A stretch of 17,671 nucleotides of DNA from Nanobdellota archaeon (GTDB lineage Archaea > Nanobdellota > Nanobdellia > SCGC-AAA011-G17 > JACPNG01): positions 1 to 17,671 of the forward strand of contig JBBSWJ010000022.1 of the NCBI GenBank assembly GCA_038046345.1. The letters run 5' to 3'. Shown here piece by piece: positions 1-6,861 of this stretch. The notes under the pieces were generated by a model. It saw nothing but the letters and a program-made list of their open reading frames with translations, had not been told where the DNA came from and did no database searches. Each line of letters opens with the position of its first letter. Within the stretch, counting starts at the first letter, position 1. Both the position numbers and the translations under genes were made by a program.

Positions 1-2
1 CT

Positions 3-497
3 ATATCCCCGCTGCTTGGACAGGAATTTTTAAAAAACGCCATCATCGTAAGTGTTGCTGCAATACTAGCAGTTCTTGCTGTGATATACATTCGCTACAG
101 AAAACTTAAGATTGTCATACCAATGGCCATAACAATTATCAGTGAGGTTGTTATCACATTAGGATTTGCTCCATTATTCAAATGGAACCTTGATCTAGTT
201 GCTATTGCCGGTATAATCGCTGCTGTTGGAACCGGAGTTGATGATCAGATTGTTATTATTGATGAAGTACTCAGCGGAGCAACACAAGGTATTGGATGGA
301 CATTAAAGATTAAACAAGCATTCTCTATCATAATCACAGCATTTGCCACAACTTTTGCAGCAATGCTTCCATTGTTATGGGCAGGAGCCGGATTAATTCG
401 TGGTTTTGCATTCACAACTTTGATTGGAATAACTGTAGGCGTAGTAATAACCAGACCAGCTTACGCAGCAATCATTCAAAAACTGTTAAAAGAATAA
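3..497 (+). CDS. secD: Archaeal protein translocase subunit SecD, C-terminal part (5' end outside window)
   Basis: The frame is open from nt 3 (ISPLLGQEFLKNA...). It has multiple TM segments with IAGIIAAVGTGVDDQIVIIDEVL and GFAFTTLIGITVGVVITRPAY, typical of archaeal SecD. Confidence 0.85.
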   Translation: MSPLLGQEFLKNAIIVSVAAILAVLAVIYIRYRKLKIVIPMAITIISEVVITLGFAPLFKWNLDLVAIAGIIAAVGTGVDDQIVIIDEVLSGATQGIGWTLKIKQAFSIIITAFATTFAAMLPLLWAGAGLIRGFAFTTLIGITVGVVITRPAYAAIIQKLLKE

Positions 498-498
498 T

Positions 499-2448
499 CT
501 ATTTAAGCTTCGTTCTGCGCAACAGGTTAGCATTTGTAACAACAGTAATAGAAGATAATGCCATTGCAATTTCTGCTACAACTGGATGTAATACTCCTGC
601 AACTGCAAGTGGAATTGCAATTATGTTGTAAGCAAACGCCCAGAATAAGTTTTGTTTTATTTTTTTAAAGGTTGCTTTGCTTAACCTTATTGCTTGAACA
701 ACTCCGATTAATGAACTTTTAGCTAATACTAAATCTCCTGCTTCAATTGCTATGTCTGTTCCTGAACCTATAGCAATGCCAACATTTGCTTGTTTTAATG
801 CCGGTGCATCATTAATACCATCACCAACAAAAGCTACAAATCCAAACCGTTGTAGTTCTTCTACTTTTTTAGCTTTATCTTCTGGAAGAACATTTGCAAT
901 AACTTCTTTTATTCCGCATTGTTTGGCTATTGAATTGGCAGTTCTTTCATTATCTCCTGTAATCATAATTGTTCTGTATCTTTCTTTGTTTAAGATGTTT
1001 AGTGCAATTATAGAATCTTCTTTTATTGTGTCAGCAACAGCAATCACACCTATTAGCTTCTTATTTTTTACAACTATCATTGTTGTGTTTCCCTTATCTT
1101 CGTAATTAATTATCTTTTTTTCAAAGTCTTTAATATTGATTTTTCTTTCATTCATTAATGTTCTGTTGCCAACAAGTATTTCTTCTCCTAAAATTTTTCC
1201 TTCTACACCGCGTCCTCTTAAAACTTTGAATCCTGTTACTTTTTTATATTTTTTAAGTGAAGCCCTAGCAGTAATAGCTTTAGCGATTGGATGTTCACTT
1301 AATTTTTCTAAACTGCCAACAATGTTTAATAATTCTTGTTGTTTTATTTTGGAATATATGCCTACAACTTCTGGTTTTCCTTTTGTGATTGTTCCAGTTT
1401 TGTCAAACATAACTATTTTAACCTCTTTCATTGTCTGTATTGCTTCACCCTTTCTGATCAAGATACCTCTTTTTGCTCCCATTCCTGAACTTACCATTAA
1501 AGCAGTTGGTGTAGCTAATCCTAATGCACATGGGCAGGCAATGACTAATACTGCTACGCTTACTCCGATTGATTTGCTTAAATCTCCTGAGAAGTACCAC
1601 CAGCTTAGAAATGTTAAAATGCTTAAAGTTAAGATTATTGGAACAAAGACTGATGTTATTTTGTCCGCTAATTTTTGTATGGGTACTTTTGTTCCTTGCG
1701 CTTCTTCTACTAATTCAATTATGTGCGCTAAAAATGTGTCTCTTCCTATTTTTGTTGCTTTTACGTATAAGATTCCATCTTGGTTTATTGTAGCTCCAAT
1801 AACATTGTCCCCCTTTACTTTATCAACTGGCAAGCTTTCTCCAGTAACCATTGATTCATCAACGCTGCTTTCTCCTTTGACAACTACTCCATCTGTAGAT
1901 ATTTTTTCTCCTGGTTTAATGATCATAACATCCCCTGCTTTTACCTCTTCAATTGGGATCTCAATTTCTTTATTGTTTCTCAAGACTCTAGACATCTTAG
2001 CACCTAGTTGTAATAATTTTTTTATTTCCTGACTTGCCTTTCCTCTTGCTTTAGATTCTACATATTTTCCGGTTGTAAAGAAAGCCATTATCATTGCTGC
2101 AACACCAGAATAATCTTGAACTACACCTGTAAAATAAAATACTCCCGTTGTATATGCAACTATAGTTCCTAATGAAATTAAAGAATCCATATTAAAATAA
2201 AAAGTAAATAACCCTCTAATTCCTCCTTTGATAGTATCCCAACCAAATATAAAGACTACCGGAAAAGCTAAGATAAGAATAACTATGCTTGAATAAGGCA
2301 TTTTTATTAGTTGGAAATCGAATAATCTTTCAGACAACATTGTTATTACTATTGGGGTTGTTAGAATCCAAGATAAAATAAGTTTCTTTTTCCAGCTAGT
2401 TATTTCTGCATCTTCCGGTTCTTCATGTTTATGTTTGCGGTTTATCAT
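499..2448 (-). CDS. copA: Cu(I)-exporting P1B-1 ATPase without an N-terminal metal-binding domain
   Basis: Motifs TGES, CPC ([12 protein letters not shown]), [17 protein letters not shown] (AFAYN) and MxxSS (AMALSS). The N-terminus is only a short His/acidic tail. Confidence 0.95.
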   Translation of the reverse strand: MINRKHKHEEPEDAEITSWKKKLILSWILTTPIVITMLSERLFDFQLIKMPYSSIVILILAFPVVFIFGWDTIKGGIRGLFTFYFNMDSLISLGTIVAYTTGVFYFTGVVQDYSGVAAMIMAFFTTGKYVESKARGKASQEIKKLLQLGAKMSRVLRNNKEIEIPIEEVKAGDVMIIKPGEKISTDGVVVKGESSVDESMVTGESLPVDKVKGDNVIGATINQDGILYVKATKIGRDTFLAHIIELVEEAQGTKVPIQKLADKITSVFVPIILTLSILTFLSWWYFSGDLSKSIGVSVAVLVIACPCALGLATPTALMVSSGMGAKRGILIRKGEAIQTMKEVKIVMFDKTGTITKGKPEVVGIYSKIKQQELLNIVGSLEKLSEHPIAKAITARASLKKYKKVTGFKVLRGRGVEGKILGEEILVGNRTLMNERKINIKDFEKKIINYEDKGNTTMIVVKNKKLIGVIAVADTIKEDSIIALNILNKERYRTIMITGDNERTANSIAKQCGIKEVIANVLPEDKAKKVEELQRFGFVAFVGDGINDAPALKQANVGIAIGSGTDIAIEAGDLVLAKSSLIGVVQAIRLSKATFKKIKQNLFWAFAYNIIAIPLAVAGVLHPVVAEIAMALSSITVVTNANLLRRTKLK

Positions 2449-2657
2449 TCTATCTTTGTTAATTTGTATCCAGCTCTTGCAACTGCTTTTCTTATTTCTT
2501 CTTCTCTAACTGAGTCTTCTGCTTCAACTGTTCCTCTTTTTAGCATTAAGCTTACACTTGCTGTTTTAATTCCTCTTGTATTCTTTAAACTCTTTTCTAT
2601 ATTTGAAGCACAAGACGCACAATGCATTCCTTCAATTATTAGTTTCAGTTTTTTCAT
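2445..2657 (-). CDS. copZ: Stand-alone HMA-domain copper chaperone (CopZ-like)
   Basis: 70 aa with [11 protein letters not shown] overlap with the copA start and an SD-like GGGAGA upstream. Confidence 0.9.
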   Translation of the reverse strand: MKKLKLIIEGMHCASCASNIEKSLKNTRGIKTASVSLMLKRGTVEAEDSVREEEIRKAVARAGYKLTKIE

Positions 2658-2826
2658 TTTTCATCTCCCACACTCTTATTGCCTGTTTTTGATAATTAAG
2701 ATTACATGTTTTATGTTTTTCACACCATTTCTGACAGTTTACTGCTATTTTGTTGTCTCTGTACATCCATCCACACTTTTCACATGTGTAAACAATTTTG
2801 CCATCTAAGTTTGTTTCTTTTACCAT
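2632..2826 (-). CDS. Small Cys/His-rich putative metal-binding protein
   Basis: 64 aa with C-x2-C-x12-C-x3-C-x2-H-x2-C. SD GAGGT upstream; sits inside the cop operon and overlaps copZ by 26 nt. Confidence 0.75.
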   Translation of the reverse strand: MVKETNLDGKIVYTCEKCGWMYRDNKIAVNCQKWCEKHKTCNLNYQKQAIRVWEMKNEKTETNN

Positions 2827-2833
2827 TCTTACC

Positions 2834-3220
2834 TCATTCTGCGATTAATGTACCTGCAGCCATGCCCATACTACATGAAAAAGCATACTTGCCCGGGTTA
2901 GGCACAGTAAACTCTACTGAATCCTGCTCTGTCTTCATATACTTACGAACCCCAAGATCTCTTATAGTAAAATCCCTAAGACATCCATAAACACTTTTGT
3001 CTAAACTTAATCTTACAGGTTTTCCAGCTGCTACTTTAATAGTGTTAGGGAAGTAATTAAAATTTTTCATACCTAATACTATGTTTTGTACGTCTCCTTG
3101 AACTGTAGGACCAATAACATTACCAGTTATTGGAGGTTTTTCATTATTCAACAAGAAAAAACCACCTACAAATACAACAAGAATAATCCCAACAATATAA
3201 AACATTGAATTTTTAGTCAT
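2834..3220 (-). CDS. Membrane-anchored cupredoxin-fold protein, CupA-like copper chaperone
   Basis: Start moved to the ATG at 3220 (ATGA overlap with the upstream gene), giving 128 aa. One N-terminal TM helix, then YFPNTIKVAAGKPV, YGC and FSCSMGM, resembling the two-Cys plus CxMxM site of CupA. Confidence 0.85.
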   Translation of the reverse strand: MTKNSMFYIVGIILVVFVGGFFLLNNEKPPITGNVIGPTVQGDVQNIVLGMKNFNYFPNTIKVAAGKPVRLSLDKSVYGCLRDFTIRDLGVRKYMKTEQDSVEFTVPNPGKYAFSCSMGMAAGTLIAE

Positions 3221-3900
3221 TGTAACAACACACTCCTTGGTCCAGATATCATCATCCAAACTGTTATTATTGTCAATAAAGAACTTAAAAATATTACAAA
3301 TGATTCTTGATCTTTATGCTTTCTTTCTGCACCCCTTGTTTCTTTGTATATCATAAAGTTTAAATTAACCATTATTAATGCTGAGATAAGAAAGACTATA
3401 ACACTTGCGGCTTTTACATTATCATTAATCATCATTATTGCAGCCATTGCACCCATTAATCCACCCATAAATCCGGCAGTTAATCCTTCCATTACCCCCA
3501 TGATACCACAGCATTTTCCATTCCATACACCGAAACCTATTCCAACAGTCATACCAAAAACACTGCCCCAAAACATTCCATTAGTAGCCCCAATATAGAA
3601 TCCCGGCAAAAATCCTGCGATCATGCCCATTGTCATTCCAATCATCATACCGCTCATACACTGAAATTCCTTATATGCACGTACATATCTTATTGATGGT
3701 AAAATTAAAGCATAACTTAAAACCGCGAAGAATAAATAGAATCCATAATCTGATACAAAATCAGCAATAAATCTTAGCTTAAAGAAATAGAGCACTGTTA
3801 AAACTGCAAACGAAGCTACTATTGAAACAAAGATTGTTTTAACTAATTCTCCTTCAATATCCCCATTTGTTACAGCCTTTGCAAATTCTTTGAATGACAT
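3217..3900 (-). CDS. Met/Gly-rich polytopic membrane protein, first gene of the cop operon
   Basis: 227 aa, mostly hydrophobic, 20 Met. Contains CMSGMMIGMTMGM and CCGIMGVMEGLTAGFMGGLMGAM. TATA box about 28 nt upstream of the ATG. Confidence 0.8.
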   Translation of the reverse strand: MSFKEFAKAVTNGDIEGELVKTIFVSIVASFAVLTVLYFFKLRFIADFVSDYGFYLFFAVLSYALILPSIRYVRAYKEFQCMSGMMIGMTMGMIAGFLPGFYIGATNGMFWGSVFGMTVGIGFGVWNGKCCGIMGVMEGLTAGFMGGLMGAMAAIMMINDNVKAASVIVFLISALIMVNLNFMIYKETRGAERKHKDQESFVIFLSSLLTIITVWMMISGPRSVLLQ

Positions 3901-3920
3901 AAAAAACTGTAGAATTAAGA

Positions 3921-3937
3921 ATTATAAAAAGGTTATT
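3921..3937 (-). promoter_or_regulatory. Archaeal BRE/TATA promoter of the cop operon
   Basis: The minus strand reads ATAACC-TTTTTATAAT. TTTATAAT begins 28 nt upstream of the ATG at 3900, consistent with a leaderless transcript. Confidence 0.6.
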
Positions 3938-3938
3938 G

Positions 3939-3952
3939 TGAAACTAGTTTCA
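3939..3952. promoter_or_regulatory. Perfect 14-bp palindrome TGAAACTAGTTTCA, candidate operator
   Basis: Exact inverted symmetry, located between the two divergent BRE/TATA elements. Confidence 0.6.
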
Positions 3953-3957
3953 ACAGG

Positions 3958-3973
3958 CTAAACCTTTATATAA
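3958..3973 (+). promoter_or_regulatory. Archaeal BRE/TATA promoter of the membrane-anchored regulator
   Basis: CTAAACC-TTTATATAA; TTTATATA begins 30 nt upstream of the ATG at 3995. Confidence 0.65.
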
Positions 3974-3994
3974 CTAATAATCCGGTATTATAGC

Positions 3995-4507
3995 ATGGAA
4001 AATAAAAATGTAGGGTACATATTAGTTGGAGTTTCTGGTTTTATTGTAATGATTATATTAATGTTCAAACGTAATTTAACAAACTTTGTAGACTCTAGCT
4101 GCTCAATAGCCCATAACGGTGAATATTGTCCAATGTATGACACGATAAGCCAACAAACATATCTAGCTCTTGGTATAGTTGTATTATTGGTTATTGTTGG
4201 AATCATCTTAATACTTTCAAAACCGCAAGAAAAAATAATTATCAAAACTAAAACAATAAAGAACACACCACCAAAAAAAACGATAGATATTAACGGATTA
4301 AGACAGGAAGAGAGGATAGTTTTAGAACTTGTAAAAGAAAACAGAGCTATTTTTCAAGCAGAATTAATTGAAAAAACTGGTTATGGAAAAGCAAAGATAA
4401 CCCGCATACTGGACAGGCTGGAAGGGAATGGAATCTTAGAAAGGAAAAGACGGGGCATGACAAATGTTGTGGTGTTAAACGAAAATATGAACATGGAAAA
4501 AAAGTAA
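3995..4507 (+). CDS. Membrane-anchored winged-helix transcriptional regulator (COG2512-like) with a Cys/His/Met loop
   Basis: Two TM helices flank CSIAHNGEYCPM. The C-terminal wHTH reads IFQAELIEKTGYGKAKITRILDRLEGNGILERKRRGMTNVV. Confidence 0.8.
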   Translation: MENKNVGYILVGVSGFIVMIILMFKRNLTNFVDSSCSIAHNGEYCPMYDTISQQTYLALGIVVLLVIVGIILILSKPQEKIIIKTKTIKNTPPKKTIDINGLRQEERIVLELVKENRAIFQAELIEKTGYGKAKITRILDRLEGNGILERKRRGMTNVVVLNENMNMEKK

Positions 4508-4509
4508 AA

Positions 4510-4986
4510 CTATAATGAACTCAAAGCAATTTCAATTTTCTCAACAATTCTCTTTGCGTTCCATAACAACTCTTTCAATAGCCTCTCATTGACAGTTGTT
4601 TCTGTTCCATATTGAAACTCTTCTCTAAGAGCCTTTGCATCTTTGAAAGTCATCTGCTCAGTTGTTCTAATAAAAACAATATCTTTTAGATCAAGATTAA
4701 TCTTTCCTTCTCCAATCAAATATTCAACTGTATTGATTGTACACTCATGATTCTTTGATAAATAACCAAGCTTGAATAGAACAGCAAGCAAAGCATGATA
4801 CACTGAGTAGTAAGATTGTGAAACACCCCAATCACTAAATCCCCCTTTGATATTATAGTCAGCTGCACGTAAATTATGCTTTGCTTTGTTGATATGTTCT
4901 TCTGATAATCTATAATTTGGCTTAATCTTTTTCATTCTTGTTTCTTTTGCCAAACACCAATCAAGTTTTTGCTTATGAATTGACAT
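4510..4986 (-). CDS. HEPN-domain protein (putative toxin of an MNT-HEPN pair)
   Basis: Start moved to the ATG at 4986, which overlaps the MNT end, giving 158 aa. Contains SYYSVYHA, NHECTI and the R-x4-Y motif REEFQY. Confidence 0.85.
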   Translation of the reverse strand: MSIHKQKLDWCLAKETRMKKIKPNYRLSEEHINKAKHNLRAADYNIKGGFSDWGVSQSYYSVYHALLAVLFKLGYLSKNHECTINTVEYLIGEGKINLDLKDIVFIRTTEQMTFKDAKALREEFQYGTETTVNERLLKELLWNAKRIVEKIEIALSSL

Positions 4987-5557
4987 TTTTAATGACTCCA
5001 ACAAATATTGATTCACCCATCAATACAACACCCTCTTTGATCATACTTAAGATAGCTTCATTCTTGTTCTTAATTGCTCTTATTAAATCTTCCTGCTTCA
5101 TGATCAATGGAATAACTGGTTTGGTTCTAACCTTAGACATTTCTAAACAAAATTCATTAATCTTTTTTGTTTGATTGGTTAAAAATAGAATATCAACATC
5201 ATTAAACGCTTTTCCTTTTAGGACAGAACCAAACATGATAATCATCTCAGCGCCGATAAACTTGATAACATCTTCAGCATATATTTTTGCATAACCTTTA
5301 AGACTTCTCTTTTCTGCCAAAAGTAATAGCTCACATAATTTAACAGTTTCAAGATTATCAAAATTCAGCTTATACAAAGAGGAATTGCTTATTTCTTTTT
5401 TAATGACAATTTTATCTTTTTCTAAATTCTTAAGAATCTTAAACGCACTACCAACACTAATTTTGTTTAACCTTGCAATCTGATTGATGTTATAACCAAA
5501 TTCTTCTATATTTCTTAAAAGGTACATTACCAGTTTTGCGGTGTTTTTTGGTATCAT
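4973..5557 (-). CDS. Winged-HTH plus minimal nucleotidyltransferase (MNT) fusion, putative antitoxin
   Basis: Start moved to the ATG at 5557, giving 194 aa. N-terminal HTH (NINQIARLNKISVGSAFKILKNLE) and the MNT motif FGS-x8-DVD. Confidence 0.85.
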   Translation of the reverse strand: MIPKNTAKLVMYLLRNIEEFGYNINQIARLNKISVGSAFKILKNLEKDKIVIKKEISNSSLYKLNFDNLETVKLCELLLLAEKRSLKGYAKIYAEDVIKFIGAEMIIMFGSVLKGKAFNDVDILFLTNQTKKINEFCLEMSKVRTKPVIPLIMKQEDLIRAIKNKNEAILSMIKEGVVLMGESIFVGVIKNVNS

Positions 5558-5749
5558 TTTCAATATAAGTGAATAATTATTCAATAATTGTATATAATAT
5601 ATAAACGTTGCGTTTTGAACATCTGAAAAGGATCGTAAAGTCTGAAACGGTCTCTGATTCATAAATTTTCACGACCGATCTAAACAGTTACTTAAAATCG
5701 AAAAATATATAAGTAAGATATGTTTTACTTATCCTACTGGTGACGCAAT

Positions 5750-6013
5750 ATGCAAGTTGAACTAACTAGAATATCTGAAAAAGGACAAATAGTTATACCA
5801 TCTTCTTTAAGAAAAGAGATGGGAATAAAGAAATCAGACCAGTTTATGGTTTTTGGTGAAGCTGGAACAGTGATATTGAAGAAAATAGAAACTCCAGCAA
5901 TCAAAAAGACATTTGACGAGATTGCTAAGCCATTGCAGCAGGTCGCAAAACAAGCAGGATTATCAAGAGTAGATGTAAAAAAAGCTATCAAAGATGTTAG
6001 AAATGTTGCTTAA
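5750..6013 (+). CDS. AbrB/MazE/SpoVT-family DNA-binding protein (putative VapB antitoxin)
   Basis: TRISEKGQIVIPSSLRKEMGIKKSD is the AbrB signature. SD GGTGA upstream; overlaps the PIN gene start. Confidence 0.9.
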   Translation: MQVELTRISEKGQIVIPSSLRKEMGIKKSDQFMVFGEAGTVILKKIETPAIKKTFDEIAKPLQQVAKQAGLSRVDVKKAIKDVRNVA

Positions 6014-6421
6014 CCTGGTTCTTGACACTAACACGATTGTTTCAGCTTTCTTTTGGGAAGGAAATGAAGCTGAGCTATTTAGAAAAATAGAGCAAGGTAA
6101 GGCAAAGTTGTATATTACGATTAAGATTCTTAAAGAGATTGAAGAAGTGATAAAAGACCAAAATTTGATAAAGTTATGAAGAATGTCGGTTTAACACCAG
6201 ACCAGATTATGCAAAAGATTGTTTCACTTTCTCATTTGGTTATTGCTCCAAAATTGAACATAAAAGTTTGCAGAGATGAAAAAGACAATAAATTCCTTGA
6301 ATGTGCAGAAAGTGTAAAAGCAGATTACCTTATAAGTGGAGATGAAGATTTGCTTTCCCTAAAGGAATATAATGGAATTCCTATTCTGAGAACTTGGAAA
6401 ATATTGCAGTTATTGGAATAA
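6003..6421 (+). pseudogene. PIN-domain toxin (COG1569/PIN_3-like VapC) split by a 1-nt frameshift
   Basis: ORF 5994..6179 carries VLDTN; ORF 6176..6421 carries RDEKDNKFLECA and SGDEDLL. Adding one A to the run at 6152-6155 gives a continuous 139-aa frame reading VIKRPKFDKVMKN. Confidence 0.8.
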
Positions 6422-6424
6422 TGA

Positions 6425-6628
6425 TTATAGTAAATAATCATACTCAATTCTTGTTACAAATGTAAATATCAATACTAATACCCCTAGAAATATTAGTGCA
6501 TAATTTAAAGAAACATCAGCTATAAATCCAACAATTGGATATAGGATAGTTACAACAACTCTTTCTACTAATGAAATCGAAGCTAAAACTGCCAATACCC
6601 CAACTGGGGCTATGAAAGCGATAATATC
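6425..6628 (-). pseudogene. Orphan C-terminal fragment of a membrane transporter, probably MFS
   Basis: An ATG-less frame of 67 codons (DIIAF...ASISLVERVVVTILYPIVGFIADVSLNYALIFLGVLVLIFTFVTRIEYDYLL*) bounded upstream by TGA. The PIVGFIAD segment resembles the loop between the last two MFS helices. Confidence 0.4.
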
Positions 6629-6744
6629 TCATTTCTCTAATCCTTGCGGTTTTAACAATTTCTACCAATACTAAAAATTAAGTTTAGTCACGATAAAAAC
6701 ATTCAAGTTGAAAGAGTGACACTTACTTTACAGCTTAAAAAAAA

Positions 6745-6760
6745 GGAAATACTTATATAA
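6745..6760 (+). promoter_or_regulatory. Archaeal BRE/TATA promoter of the leader-trpS-tRNA-Trp unit
   Basis: GGAAAT-ACTTATATAA. TTATATAA begins 28 nt upstream of the uORF ATG at 6781 but 109 nt upstream of the trpS ATG. Confidence 0.7.
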
Positions 6761-6780
6761 GATAACTACTGCTTGTTTAC

Positions 6781-6828
6781 ATGAAAATTAAACCACAGAT
6801 GGGTGGTTGTCTTTGGCAGCCAAATTAA
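6781..6828 (+). CDS. Putative Trp-containing leader peptide (uORF) MKIKPQMGGCLWQPN upstream of trpS
   Basis: ATG AAA ATT AAA CCA CAG ATG GGT GGT TGT CTT TGG CAG CCA AAT TAA. The ATG lies at the predicted TSS, TGG is at 6814-6816, and the core is GC-rich with alternative hairpins. Confidence 0.55.
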   Translation: MKIKPQMGGCLWQPN

Positions 6829-6861
6829 GCTCTTTTTAGATAGTTTAAACGAGGTTTTAAC

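Noticed and set aside
2440-2465. Possible -1 frameshift fusing CopZ to CopA at ACA AAG, by analogy with E. coli copA recoding
   Set aside because: Any ATGA overlap gives this geometry, A_AAG is frequent in AT-rich DNA, and no stimulatory structure is visible. Translational coupling explains it.
5622-5660. Short TCTGA(AA) direct repeats in the spacer between the TA modules
   Set aside because: They are only 5-7 bp and irregularly spaced; they could be operator half-sites but cannot be told from chance.
6629-6631. In-frame TGA in the transporter remnant as a sign of stop-codon reassignment
   Set aside because: TGA ends several intact genes here (copZ, the 3217 gene, sufU, sufC), a TAG follows further upstream in the same frame, and the tRNA-Trp has an ordinary CCA anticodon.
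6796-6830. GGGTGGT upstream of trpS resembling a T-box antiterminator
   Set aside because: It lacks the ACC/GCG continuation of the T-box bulge, and the leader is too short for Stem I with a specifier loop.
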